The notes: generated from the sequence alone by a model not told the origin. A stretch of DNA of 64,000 nucleotides from Octopus vulgaris (GCA_951406725.2 OX597818.1:140678001-140742000); one strand, 5' to 3'. Positions 50,423-64,000 are shown, counted from the stretch's first letter. Numbers and translations are program-made.

Positions 50423-53298
50423 TAAAAAGTTTGCCGATTGCATACCCATAACACTTTTAGACGAGTTCCGTAGTGTCTGAGAAAGTTCCTAATGCTGTCA
50501 TTTAACCTCATGTCAATCCTAGTCCAGCAAGCATATTTCATTGGTGAAAGGCGTTAACACGAGTCTGAAAATGTGTGGAAAGAAGAAATATTTTTCCAAT
50601 ATTTATCTTTGTGGACATCACTTTTATAATTGTTATTTGTTTGTATCTGCAGCAGCGTCCGCCTTTTATTCGTAGCTGTTTTTAGAAAAATCATGAGCAT
50701 AGAATGCTATCAAAAGTCTTCTGGTAGTTAAGCGATTTCATGCTCAGACCCTTCTTCCTTTAGCAAGTCTTGGACAGTGGTTTGTGGATTAGTAAATATT
50801 CTTTACATCCATCTAAGTCTTCGCTTCATGTCTTTGATCTGAAATGTATTCCAATGTTTCGTGGTAATTACTTTTCTCTTCTGTATACTTGCACTTAAAC
50901 TGTAGACTGTCGTAGAGTGTAATGGCATTGGCTGGTGTTGAATTTTACAGTTAAACATTCTAACATATCATCCACGCCTCAAGGTCATTCTAGTGCTACT
51001 TTCAGCTCTTTCTACGGGCTTTTACTCTCTGGTTGCTATTATATCATTTTGTGTAGGAAATGATAATATAAATTTGTTGTGTGAATTGTTTATATGCATG
51101 GGTTAAATTTATGAAGGATATGAATCATTAGCGTCGGTTTTAGATTATATAAAGTCAATGTGGTATTCCTATGTTTCTCGGAACCATTAGAACTTCGGTC
51201 AAAATATATTTCGGTACTCCTTAGGACTTTTTGCGCTCTGAGTTCTAAACATGCCGTCGTCAATTGTTCTCCTTTCAAAGTTACGTGGTCGATAAAATGT
51301 ATTGCCACTGAAGTCCTGGAGTCGATGTAATCGAACAACACCCTCAGTCCAGCTTGTGGGACTTCTGAATGAATTTAGAAACAGTTATTTTAAACGTATT
51401 CCTTTGTCGATTTGGCATTACTTGAGGGAGGTGTAACTGCTAATCATTGTATGACGAATGATTATTATAAAGGTTTTGATGTTAATCTCAATATTAGCTA
51501 AGGGTGATACCTTCGTATTCCACCATGTTTATAGATGGGACTGAGACAACCTTCTCAAGAATGTCTTCTCCGAAGTGCACATTTCTGCTCCTTCAGTAAA
51601 TTTTACAAACTTCACCATCACTTTCAAAAATACGAACATTTTGGAGTCTTAGAGAATGAAAGAAACTGATGATCAGAGTAGCAAATGTAGAAGACCAAAT
51701 GTTGCTGACCCTGCTAGAAACAGCAGCAAAATCACTCGCACGCAAATTGTTGTATGTCGTCTTTGAAATGAAACCGATCGCAAAGAAACGGCTGATCTGC
51801 TTTTAGTCAGAGGTCTACGCTGACCATCAATAACGTGGCATTAAACAATAACATTGACATTATATTTGGAAACCTTGATTTACACTTGTTTTTAAAGTTG
51901 ATACACAGACAGGCACACACAGACACACACACACACATATATATATGCATATATATATATACATATATATACATTTTAGTTTTGTATTCCAAGGACTCTC
52001 CTGAGAATGATGGTCATGATACATTATAATATTTTATTATTTCTTCTTTATACACTGAGTTTAAGAAGTTATTTATCCTATCAGTTTCAACAAAAAAAAG
52101 TACTGTACAAGCTGATTTAGGTGTCATCCACTGTATCCACCCAGGAAATTTGTAGATTTTTTTCTTTCAACTATCAATATATGTATATGTAAAATAAGGC
52201 TGTGAACTGGCAAAATCATTTGCACATTCAAATTCCAATTTTTATCATTTAGAGATCGATAAATTAAGTACCAGTTGAGCATTGGGGTCGATAAAATCGA
52301 CTTACCCTCTACGCACGAAAGTGTTGGCTTTGTGCCAACATTTCAAATTAATATATGTCTGTGAAAATGCTTAGGTATAATTACTTCAGTTTGTTTGTGT
52401 CTGTATATGGTTGAATACTTCTGTTTATGTGTGTATAAACCTATGTATACTACCATAGGTGTAGAGCTAAAAAAAATATTAATAAGATCGTTTTTTTTTA
52501 AAACTGATATGGTATGATAACAGATGAATGAGTTTCGCGTTTGCACATTACCTTCCATTTCATACCTCAAGAAAGAGTAAATACATAAAAGGAACAGAAA
52601 ATATAAAAGTAGATGTTGATAACGAAGAAAGTAAAAGTTATGAAGGGATCACATTTAAAAGATAGTGAAGATTTTAGCTTTAGCAGAATAATTTTCAAAG
52701 GGTTAAAATTAGCTATGATCAGAATCTATCGAAAAAGAAGAAATATACCGATAACAGAAGTATTGTTTGGCCTAGAGGCAGAAAATGAACGATAAGTTGA
52801 GTCGCATCTCATGTATCATTCGTTTTCAAGTGAATTTGTGATCATTGGATGCTGCCTTCTTCATTTTCCACAATTTTCAAGCGTTTTATCTCATAGATAC
52901 ACTCACTTCCGCGCTCTCACTTTCTCTCTTTATTTTTTTTTCCAATATATACATATATATGTGTGTTTGTATGTCTGTGTGACAGCGTGTATCTGTTTGT
53001 GTGTCTGTATGTATACATATTACATGGATTGCGAACACATCCGTTAGGAAGCTAATGAAAATTCGCATAAAAAAAGTTAATCTATAGATAAATGAACGTG
53101 ATACTACACACATAAACACACATATACATACATTCATACGCACACAAAATATACAAACACATGTGGGGGTGGAAGTACACGTGCGTTTGAGTGTCTGTAT
53201 GCGCTTCATTATATGGTTTACAAAACAATATACATATCGTTTCTATGTATGTTTGTATATATTTGTGTATGTACATATATCGTATGCACTTGAATGTG

Positions 53299-53326
53299 GG
53301 CGTGGGTTCGTATCCCACTTCTGACA
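53299..53326 (+). pseudogene. 3' fragment of a tRNA-Leu gene (T-arm and acceptor strand)
   Basis: GGCGTGGGTTCGTATCCCACTTCTGACA matches, from memory, the metazoan tRNA-Leu 3' end GGCGTGGGTTCGAATCCCACTTCTGACA with one mismatch; 5' part absent, no CCA. Confidence 0.6.
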
Positions 53327-53417
53327 TAATTAAGTCAAGCGTGGATGGTTTATAAGAAAAGGTGCGTATATATATATATTTGTATCTATGTATATTAACA
53401 TAGATATGTGTGCGTGC

Positions 53418-53466
<49 letters not shown>

Positions 53467-53483
53467 TGAATACTATATATTTT

Positions 53484-53538
53484 AGTGGTGCCCCAGCATG
53501 GCCTCAAATTTTGGGCTGAAATACATAAAAGAATAAAA

Positions 53539-53542
<4 letters not shown>
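53484..53542 (+). mobile_element. Isolated CR1/SINE-B-type 3' tail inserted in (TA)n
   Basis: GGTGCCCCAGCATGGCC...GGCTGAAATACATAAAAGAATAAAAGAAT. Confidence 0.65.
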
Positions 53543-53590
<48 letters not shown>

Positions 53591-53742
53591 TCAGCTTGTA
53601 AGTATATGTCTAATTCTGTATTTTCTTCTTCCTTTCCATTTTTCATTTTCTAGCTCCCCCTCTTTCACATTTCTTGGCATTCTCTTTCTGTAATCTCACT
53701 ACTTTCCTATGTTATCTCCCTTGTATCTTTCCCTCTGTCCCT

Positions 53743-53780
<38 letters not shown>

Positions 53781-54308
53781 GTTCCTTCTCCAATTGTTCA
53801 ATCTCTCTGCTCCTTACCTCTCTCTGTTCCTCTCACATGCTCGGTGCTCGGCCAAACATGGTCTTTCTCTCTTGGCCTGACCGCCGCTCGTACAGCACCT
53901 TATCTTCCTGTCTCCAGACTTTCATTCATGCTTGTTGCCGTAAGGCTTCCATCTCACACACCAGCTTAACTTAACTTTTCCTTTTAGTCGAAAGACACCT
54001 GTTGATATACTTGTTGTTTGTATTTGTAATCGCGTAACATTTTCACCGGTTTCTCGTTTTTTATCTCCGTGTTTTCGCACATATTCTAGCGCTCTCTTCG
54101 AGAAATTTAATTCCCTCAGCTTAGATTTTGGGAACCTACCAATTTTGAACAAAACAAGTGTAAAAGGCCGAAACTGTAATGATAGTTGGAAGCTTGACTG
54201 ATGAATAGAAAGCCACGAATATTCTGTCCTGGTTTTCTTGTCGGTCTTTGTATTGTCCATTTGTACGCATGTTTTTATTTTCGTCTATTACGTTCTCGTT
54301 CCGATTAT

Positions 54309-54355
<47 letters not shown>

Positions 54356-54356
<1 letters not shown>

Positions 54357-54550
54357 GATACAAAAAAACGACGAAAAAGCAACGTGGGGACGTAGTACAT
54401 GTAAGGTATTAAGAGACGCCCAGGGAAGGAAAGAAAAGTAGTTTTACGTTTCGAGAAAAGGCTCTCCTTCAGGAAAAGGTGACAGAGGAAACTCCAAGAG
54501 AAAAGGAAGACAAAGGAAAAAATCGTCAACGATCCACATCTAGTTGCATT
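54356..54550 (-). mobile_element. Penelope-like terminal-repeat fragment with a decayed minimal hammerhead
   Basis: Minus strand CTGAAGG-A-GAG-cctttt-CTC-GAAA-CG-TA at ~54445-54472; 3' end abuts (TA)n. Confidence 0.45.
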
Positions 54551-55701
54551 TTATACTAGAGATTCATTCGCTCTCATTCTTCCACAAATCTTTATTAATA
54601 GCTACTACAAATATACATGAATGCATATACACATCAGCTGAAAAAGGGCGTGTGTACACACATACATACACGCGCAGCCGCACACACACAGATGCACAAA
54701 CGCACACACACACACACACACACATACACACACATATATATATACGCATGCACTAATATATATTTCTCCGAAGACAAATTCATATCATGTGAATTTACCT
54801 TAGTTACTACCTGCATATATACGCATATCATATGTGTGTGTGTGTGTGTGTGTTTGTGTGTGTATTTGTGTGTGTATGTTTGCGTGTGTTCCGTAGATAT
54901 GTTTCCATACTTTAAGGACATCACTAAATTCTTGTTTCTTTTATTAATTTTCTCACATTTTCTTATGAAACCCTTACGTATGATTGGGATTACTGTTCTT
55001 CGTAACATTATTGACATTTCATAGACATCGTTCTAGGATATGTAATGATATTGGCATGTGTAACTCTCTATTTCATTGTAGGTGAATATTATTTATGCAA
55101 ATTGTAGGACCAGAGTTTGAATTATGGCCTCTTATTAACCTAACGTCAATCAAGTGTATAATTTCTTTGTAACCAGTCTATAGTGAGTTAACACAATAGG
55201 ATGTTATAAACACTTCCATCATTACTCTTCTAATTTCACGATGCAGTCTAAATACTATGAATGTCTCCTCTACTAGCGTTTTTCTTCTTATGTTTGAGCT
55301 TTGTGACATGCTCTATTGCAACTGATCCTTTTTATAAGTATTGTAAACCCATGAACGCGATAAATGCTTCAAGCTTACATTTTACATCATTCACGTTTAT
55401 ATATATATATATGTCCTGGTTTTGTCGTTATTATTATCATTATTGTTTTTACGTAATTTTGTATTCTTATTCGTGTAACATCTTCCGTTTTCCGTCCTTG
55501 TTTTGTATACATTCGAGGCTTTCTTCCAAGGAATCTTATGCGCTTGGCTTAGATTTTCCTTTGGGGCTGCCCAGGTCGGAGCAATCTCAAAATCTGGTTC
55601 TTGACTGAAGATTGAAGGCTTCGAATGTCCCGTCCGTGTTTTTTGTGTCGTCTTCTAAATGTTTCACGTTCTTGTCCCAGTTTGTATTTTTTTACTTTTA
55701 C

Positions 55702-55755
<54 letters not shown>

Positions 55756-55756
55756 A

Positions 55757-56655
55757 CAGGAGTTTGATAGGATAATAGGAATCTATTAAAATTTCAAACA
55801 AATTTATTTTAACATGGGGTAAGACCGCTTTTGGCAGTAATTGAAGCTTGTATTCTAAGGAGTATGGACTCGTACGAAGTTTAAATTGTTTCCAACGGAC
55901 TTTTTGTCCATTCATCAGCTAAAACAGTCTCCAGTTCTTGTAGTGATGATACTGGAGGACTCCTTACTTGTTTTTCTAAAATGCACCATAAATGTTCAAC
56001 AATATTGAGATGTGGGGACTGTGGTGACCACATAAAATGTTCAACCTTACTAGAATGTTCCTCGTTCCATTCAGTAACAACTTTAGCTGTGTGAAATGGT
56101 GCATTATCATCTTGAAATATTGCGCTTCCCTCCGGGAACAGTTCCGCAACCATAGGTTTAATCTGATCTGATAAAATGCTTAAATAGTCTTGACTCTTAA
56201 TTCTGCCATAAAGGGAAACCAATGGGAGGACAGATTTCCAAGATATAGCCCCCCCACCAACCAGATCATCACTGATCCTTCTCTATATTTAACAGTTGCA
56301 AGAAGGTAGTCGGGGTCAAACGCTTCTTTTAGTGCCTCCACATATATACTCAGCTGGTGGTCGGAAATAAGGTAAAGGATGACTCGCCTGAGAAAATAAC
56401 ATTCTTCTACTACTCAAGGAACCAATTCTGTAGGTTTTTACTCCACTCTAAACACTTTGCAACATTTGTTTTTGAAAGTATTGGTTTTCTGATTGCAGCC
56501 CTCCCCTGAAATCCGGCTTTGTGCAGCTCCCAGTGAACAGCTTTTGTGGAAACTGGGTTCTCGAGGTGGTCATTAAGCTCTGCAGTAATTTTGGAAGCTG
56601 TACTTTTGTGATCCTTTCCAGCAATTTGCGTAAGAGTTCGACAGTCTCTATCTGA
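55757..56655 (-). pseudogene. Tc1-family transposon remnant (HTH and DD34E transposase), 5'-truncated
   Basis: ORF 56410-56763 has the Tc3-like HTH (STASKITAELN..VS..V..ELHKAGF.GR.A.RKP). ORF 55881-56222 has FQDDNAPFH and WSPQSPHLNIVEHLW. Probable TIR starts TA|CAGG at 55757. Confidence 0.9.
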
Positions 56656-57040
56656 AAAATACAATTTATATAGGAAGAGAATCAACCAACCGGAACGGAA
56701 CGATGAAAACGAACAGGAAAAATACAGGGGCAACACCATTTCCAGTTTATCTCCTGCTGCCATGAGAAATGTTTCTATATTTTGAGAGGCAAGATTCTAC
56801 GTTAAGCATCCATGTACACAATACATCATCATACGTTCCTATATCACAAACACAGTTTACTTTTGTACATCGAAGAAAACGACGTAAGAAGAAAATCAAC
56901 CAACCAGTGCACTGGATTTCCAATGGTCAACAAGGAATCAAAGCGTTCGACAAAGAAACGACGTCACTTGGAAGTCAGCCATCCAGAACGCCTGAGTTTG
57001 CCAAGACAAAAATATTTGATCATAACACACACACACACAC

Positions 57041-57125
<85 letters not shown>

Positions 57126-57650
57126 TAGAGTGATACTGAACAATTTTAAATTGAATAATTTCCAAACCTCACCAGTAAAACCAGCGACTAGCGACGGAGA
57201 ACGCTCTTTCATTCACTACGAAAAACATTATAAAAAATAACCTTTTCTCTCTCTCTCCGTTCTTTACTTTTACTCTATTTTAAAAACGTCATCGTATATA
57301 ATTGTTAATTGAAATCAACGTAATTGAATCATGAACCTCTTTCAATCATATGCATCGAACATTTAAACTTATTTTACTGTCCATCTCTGAAAACTCACTG
57401 GAATTTGTATGAACGTTTCATCATTTTAAACACGTTTCTCCGAATTTTACCCCGTATATTAAACTCCCCTAAAACTTTTTTCTTATTTATATTTAATTTT
57501 ACCATTGATAAACTAAACATTGTCGAAAACGGTCTGGTATTTGAATAAATCTATAACAAAATTTTAAAACGTCATGTTTTGAGATTCAACGTCACTTTCA
57601 AACACCCAAACAAATTCACTTATATTTTTACACGCGTGGGAATATGCTTC

Positions 57651-57737
<87 letters not shown>

Positions 57738-57831
57738 TATATATATATGTAGGTGTGTGTGTGTATACATACAGATAAATTCCTCTATTTACATAATATC
57801 GAGGTCTCTTTCATTCTTTTGTTGTCTTACC

Positions 57832-57877
<46 letters not shown>

Positions 57878-58249
57878 TCCATATTAAAATCGTTAAACAG
57901 TGAGTGAGATAAACAAGTTTATAATTATTTCCGTCACTGATTAACGCTTCTGATCGCACATATCGGCTGTCGGTTAGTGCTAACAGTTACAATACCTTGA
58001 TAATTTTTTCTGTTTAAGAGAATCCTAATCTCTTAGCCGTCTCTCTTTGATGATTAATGTTGAAGAGTACGTAATTTCATCGAAATGATTGAATCAATAA
58101 ATACACCTGAAGGTGCTTCGAACTGACGTGGTATCTTTATACTTTTCTGTCTGCAGCGAGATTATTTCTCTATGAAAAGGTGCAGTGAAGACTTTTCGTA
58201 AGGGTTCAAATACCTCTCAAATACATTTGAACAGGTTAGAAGTTTGTCT

Positions 58250-58530
58250 ACACATACACACATACATACATACATGCATGCATACATACATACATACATA
58301 CATACATACATACATGCATGCATACATACATACATACATACATACATACATACATACATGCATACATACATACATACATACATAACATGCATACATACAT
58401 ACATACATACATACATACATGCATGCATACATACATACATACATACATACATACATAGATGCATACATACATACATACTTATATACATACATATACACAT
58501 ACATACATACATACATACATACATACATAC
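58250..58530. repeat. (TACA)n tetranucleotide microsatellite
   Basis: Directly visible. Confidence 0.97.
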
Positions 58531-59784
58531 GTGCATGTGTACGTGCATGTGTACGTGCGTGCGTGGGCGCGCGCGTGTTTGAATACGCCATTTTGTCTAA
58601 AATAAAAGTATAAGAATTCGATGCATAACGTGTAGTTTCATTTGAGGCCGAAAGTTACCGAATTGCTCGGAGGTCCATGAGCATCTCAAACGACGAGAAC
58701 TCCGAGTAATTCTCGTTTAAGGCACCATCATCTCAGCTGCACCCTCACATTCATAAGCGCATCTACATATGTATCTATATATTTGTATATATACATATGT
58801 TTGTGTATGTGCATGTGTCTGTATATGTATGTGTGTATGAACGTATGCATGCAGGCAAATATGTATGTGAATAAATATACTTTTATATATTTGTGTGTAT
58901 ATATGTGTGTGTACGTGCACTGGTATTTGTTTATGTGTGTGTGCGCGTGTATGTGTGTGTGTGTGCGCGTGTATGTGTGTGTGTGTGTGTGTATGCTTGA
59001 TGGATCTGAACGCTCTTTAAACGAAAAGTTATATATGATTTTTATTGAACACATAAAATATTATTATACGTCATGTAAATTGCTAACGAGTTTATATTTA
59101 TAACATACACCAAATGACAAGGCAATAACAATTTTCAAATTGCAAGGCTTCAATACCTTATAATGCATTGGTATATAAATATCTGCATCCAAATTTGGAT
59201 ATGTAGATATCGCTTAAAATTCTCTGCCTCATTTGTTATGATCGCTAATCACGTTCATGTTATATCAGAATTTTCTGTATGCCAAATTCTGCATCTTCTT
59301 TATATAAGTTGCATTCACTGGATTTTGAATTGTGATGTAATATCTAGGATATGCATAAATTATTTATATAAGACGTTGCTATCTGTATTTATTTACTTAT
59401 TCGTTTATTTATTTATTTTCCCATTTATATCTTTATTTGCTAAAGATGACCTGACTGGTTACAGGTTTCTAAGTAGCAAGTCATTATCTCCTTTGCTTTC
59501 AGATAGCTAGATACAGAAACTAGCTTTTATAACCCAATGCAGAAGAGACATATGAAACACTCCCTGCTTGTAACCCTCTCGCCGTTCTGTTTCTAGCCGA
59601 ATTTTAAATCCTTCAGCGATAGTTAGCGGCAAGTGATGCAAAAACCTGCTCACACATACACAGGCACACACACAGAGGCAAACAAACATATATAAACATG
59701 TATTCGTACATACAAATATATATACGTATTCATACATACATGCATGCATACATACGCACATGCATACATACGCACATACATATA

Positions 59785-59838
<54 letters not shown>

Positions 59839-62020
59839 CTCATCCATTGTTAACATTAGCAATCTTCTTAACCACATATCCTTGCCTAAGTATCTCTTTT
59901 ATAAACAGAAACAGAAACAAAGAGCTTTAATTCTATGTGTTGTGGACCATCACATGATTTCTTCTTTGGCTGCATTAGACAAAGAACATAATGTTTAATA
60001 TACGAATAAATATTTAATCATTATTGACAAAAATATAATTTTGGAAGATGGAAGGAAATTCCATTCAAAATCGGATTATAATGTCTTTTCATATAACCTT
60101 AGAGCCTCTAAGGCAACAGTGTCTCATGAGTGTTCTGTTTAAATAATGCATCAAATAATATATACTTCCTAGCCAAGAATGATTATGATATTCTGTGTAT
60201 TTTGTAGGCTCGGTATGTTAGACTTAGGAAATAGATTATCTTAATCAGATATTTAAATAACCTAAATGTCGTGAGAGATATACATATTTCAAATGCATTA
60301 TATGATATTGATAACTTACAAGTGGATAATTCTTGTTGCCATATAATTTCGAGTGTGCTGTAAAATCTCAATATCACGTTCGCCTTGTAAAATTTACATT
60401 CCCAAAACAATTAGTATCTCATAAACATGTGACTTTGTAAAAGATGTAGGTAGTCATGTGTTGATAATAACAGTTCTTTTCGTCGATATGGTGTAAAACT
60501 AATTTTGTGTTACTGCCAGCAGCAGTTCAAAAATGTCATAATTGTAGGAAACGTTTTATCCATTTACAAAAATTGATTTTTTTCCTGAAGGAAATTCAAG
60601 AAATACCAGCGAGCTCTACTAACTCGACAAATTCGAAAACAATTAATATTGGTTGAGCATCCATTTTACGCTGCAAGCGAATAAATTCTAATCGATCCAT
60701 GTATTATTCCTGAGGGCAGAAAACAAAGAGGCGGAAGCCTGAGAAAATTCGAATATCTATGAGTAACTCATGCATAATCTTCAACTTTGAAACCTATAAA
60801 TCCATTTATATATAGATACAACACATACATTGATACACTAAAGTTTAGAAACCAAATGTCAGACAATGAGTGTGAGCAGTTCAGTTTCCACAGAAAGAAC
60901 AAAACTCACTGACTCGTATATATTGAATTACATGCTGTATTTGTCTCAGTTTTCACGGGGAATAACTACATAGCTCATGATACCTACGGAAACCTGCCAA
61001 AGATAGCTAAACACAATAGAACCATGTATATTCATTCGTGCAAAAAGCTAAGAATGGGCGTATACATCACTGAAAATAAACACATCGACGCAAACTGTGA
61101 CTGGAGGAAATGCAGAACGTAAATAAATATATGACACCGAAGTTGCAAATTCTGTCATAGTGCAATCATTGAAACAGCTATTACGATGAAATATTAAATT
61201 CTTATACAAGGAAAAGAGATATCCAAAGATAATATGTGTTTAAATAAATTTAACCAAGTATTTAATATATTTGTCTGTCAGAAAAATACTTCAATATCAA
61301 AAGGTAACGACTGCGCTAATTTGTTAGTTGTACACACAAAATAACATAAGATTAAATGTAGCAGAAAAGTGCAAAGTAAAATGCATTCAGTGTTGAATTT
61401 AATTTATTTTTCTGCAAATTTTCATTAAGCTCATCATATAAATAGTCTCCTCCACCAAACACCAAATATATAAACTAAATTCTCAAATTAATATAAGTCA
61501 GATACTTGCATATTAATATTGTAATATTAAAGATTCTTCTCTGAAGACTTATTAATATAGTAATGTTACAGATTATTCACTGAAGACTTGAAAATTATAT
61601 AATACTGTGTCGTTAAAAATGACGGCTAATTGTAGTATTTCAGATAAAAATAAGGTATAAAATAAGTGTCATAATAATCACAGATACAAACAGTCATATA
61701 CTACCCTTGTACATGCACACAGAAATACACATATACTTAAAGAGAGTTGAAATGCGGTTTGATTTTTCTTTTCAGCGTTGAACGTTCACCATCCCATTTC
61801 CAGTGCACATACACTCACACACACACAGCACACACACACACACACACACATATTCACGTACCTCCATTTTACATACACACAGAATTGAAACGCTGTTTTT
61901 TTTCACCCCTTCCTTCGTTATTCATCTATCACCCCCTCCTTTCTCATTAATATATTGTGACGGAAATAATAGAAGATACACGACGCGCTCTTTGCCACTT
62001 CCTGTCTTTCATTGTTATTA

Positions 62021-62060
<40 letters not shown>

Positions 62061-62177
62061 CAGGGCTATTACTCTCCCTGCTTCTCCTTCATTGAATTAC
62101 TAATTTCTATGCTCCCCTTTCATTTCTACTTCATCTCCTACTCCCATTTTGTGATTTTGTGGACAAATTTATATATG

Positions 62178-62210
<33 letters not shown>

Positions 62211-62213
62211 GTA

Positions 62214-62248
<35 letters not shown>

Positions 62249-62480
62249 GTGCGTGCGTGTGTGTGTATGCGTATATATATAAAACACTACGCTCATTATT
62301 ATATTAGGAGATAATATGCATTATAGAATTGATAGTCATTCTTTGTTAATAAAAAGAGCAAAATAGGAATACATTTATGTAGAATAGATAGATAGAAAGT
62401 GAGAGAAAGCGAGAGAAAAAAGAAGGAAAGAAAGAAACAAAGACAGAGAAATAGTGATAGACAGACAAACAAATATTTAG

Positions 62481-62528
62481 TTAGATAGATAGGTAGATAG
62501 ACAGATAGATAGATAGATAGATAGACAT

Positions 62529-62593
<65 letters not shown>

Positions 62594-62594
62594 C
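62481..62594. repeat. (GATA)n microsatellite
   Basis: Directly visible. Confidence 0.97.
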
Positions 62595-63029
62595 ACAGAA
62601 TGAGAACGAGGGTTATAGGTTTTAAGTGTTCAAAACTGAAAATATGAAGTACAATGACTATTTGATGTTGTGAACGTAATTTAGCCATGATATTTTCAAG
62701 ATAAATGCATTAGGTGTTGCGATTACTGTGTTAGTTACCATGAGAAGACATGTCATATGAACTCGTGGTGCACAAAAGCACTCATGTATATATGGCTACG
62801 GCCTCTGCGACTGCCAGATAACTTGATTTCCTCCTTCGTTGCGCTTTTCAACGTCAGACCTATAGTGAAGACATAGCAGCCGATTTTCCCATTAATGATA
62901 TATAGAATATAAGTTTTTATTCAGACACTGCTCTCGCAAATAGCCTGTTGGTTTATTAAAAATAATTTTTATTAATTATATTCAATAAAACAGATTTACT
63001 CACATTTAAATAAATCTATATTTTGAGTC

Positions 63030-63222
63030 GCCATGATAGATCGTTAGCCACTACACACATTTTTTCTCTCCTTGTTTTTTATGTATCCCTTTCTGTAGAA
63101 GAGCGTAGGCTCGAAACGTAAAATACTTTTTCTATTCCTGAGCGTTATACTAATGCATCTGTTTGTTTTGTGCACCACCTGGCTACGTCTTTTGTTTTTT
63201 TTTTCGTAAACTCTCCCTATAT
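63030..63222 (+). mobile_element. Penelope-like terminal-repeat fragment with a minimal hammerhead-like motif (same family as 2550-2755)
   Basis: TTT-CTGTAGA-A-GAGC-gtag-GCTC-GAAA-CG-TA-AAA at ~63090-63123; ends in TATA. Confidence 0.6.
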
Positions 63223-63259
63223 TTTGTATATATAGATTTACTCAAATACATCAATTTAT

Positions 63260-63500
63260 TTCTATGACAATCGTTTCATATCGTCTCCCGCTAGATCATC
63301 ATCCCAGGCCTTTATTCTCATTCGACTCAGCAGCTGCGTGCCGGAAGAAGCTTCATGGCAGGCCCGATTCCAGATTATTGAACGTAAATAAATGGGCCGT
63401 GGTAGGGGATTATCTCCAAAGGCTCGACATGACCTTGAAGGATGCAGAGGGGAAGGCACGAGACTACTGAAGTATCTGGTCCACTCTACGCATGATGATG
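63260..63500 (+). pseudogene. Decayed 3' end of an RTE-like LINE ORF
   Basis: RLPLDHHPRPLFSF...KKLHGRP..R...W..V..DYLQRL..TL.DA..KA.D resembles RTE-type C-termini; ends ATGATGATG. Confidence 0.45.
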
Positions 63501-63653
63501 CCTCTAGGACTACAAACTTGGAATGATCCCATTCCCATCAAACAAGAGCATGAAACCAAACCAAGCTATATTCATATGTTCGAGTAATTTCGTCGTATTA
63601 TAGCCAGTTGAGCTATTTCTTTGAATAATCTTTTCTTCTGGTTTATATGAGAA

Positions 63654-64000
63654 CTAGCAGTATCGCCCGGCGTTGCTCGGGTTTGTAAGGGAAATAACTA
63701 TAAAGCATTTTTAGAGAGTTATAGCCAAAAATTGGAAAGAAAATTATGGTAAATTTTTTTTTAGTTAAAAAGGTCGAGTTGCGTCCCCTAGACAGTCTGT
63801 GGTTTGTGTTTCTGATTCTCGACCCCATGTCGAATTTATCGATTTTTTTCAGAACTGGGGGAACTTTTCAAAATTTTCGCTGCGTTAGTTTTGAATTATG
63901 ACATTGGGCTATGTGTGTGTCAAGTTTCATCAGAATCGGTTGAAAGCCGTGGTCAGGGTGAGGGTACAACCTGACAGACACACAGAAACACACACAGACA
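63654..64000 (-). mobile_element. Non-autonomous Helitron, subfamily 1 (5' end beyond the window)
   Basis: CTAG plus hairpin 3' end; near-identical to 8747-9112. Confidence 0.78.

Larger units (their letters stand above)
48411..50900 (-). pseudogene. Ancient R4/Dong-type LINE interrupted by a microsatellite and a fold-back element
   Basis: Minus strand: LSM..LNYQKTFDSI (~50710), DLKFYAED..MKFDLEKC (~49700-49800), LYLSR..GRELQHLE (~49250), LRNAQLKSENDAF (~48890), KVTLIWDMLVHT..MIDVSV (~48500-48625). Confidence 0.7.

Noticed and set aside
56660-57020. Possible RTE reverse-transcriptase remnant (RGNTISSL..AAMRNV)
   Set aside because: Only one weak motif; too decayed to call without an alignment
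60640-60930. Possible hAT dimerisation-domain remnant (VEHPF, CEQFS)
   Set aside because: Motifs are too short and discontinuous to support

Overview
AT-rich, repeat-saturated eukaryotic DNA. The tRNA-derived SINE families and dense microsatellites fit an Octopus-type cephalopod genome (inference). I recognise no host protein-coding exon; nearly all ORF-track entries come from microsatellites or repeats. Contents: at least five SINE families, decayed R4/Dong-type LINEs stacked in (AAT)n tracts, RTE and CR1 3' fragments, a Tc1 transposase remnant, four non-autonomous Helitrons and a Penelope-like ORF remnant. The main feature is an ~8 kb array at 30.4-38.4 kb of ~559-bp near-identical units: 8 copies in one orientation and 6 in the other, joined by a fold-back junction. 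Each unit carries a type I hammerhead ribozyme motif with a palindromic stem III, making it a candidate retrozyme or Penelope-related ribozyme satellite. Several other (TA)n-anchored elements carry minimal or variant hammerhead motifs, one with a compensatory U3-A8 core. The window also has several fold-back palindromes beside (TA)n tracts. All calls were made by eye and need computational and experimental confirmation.
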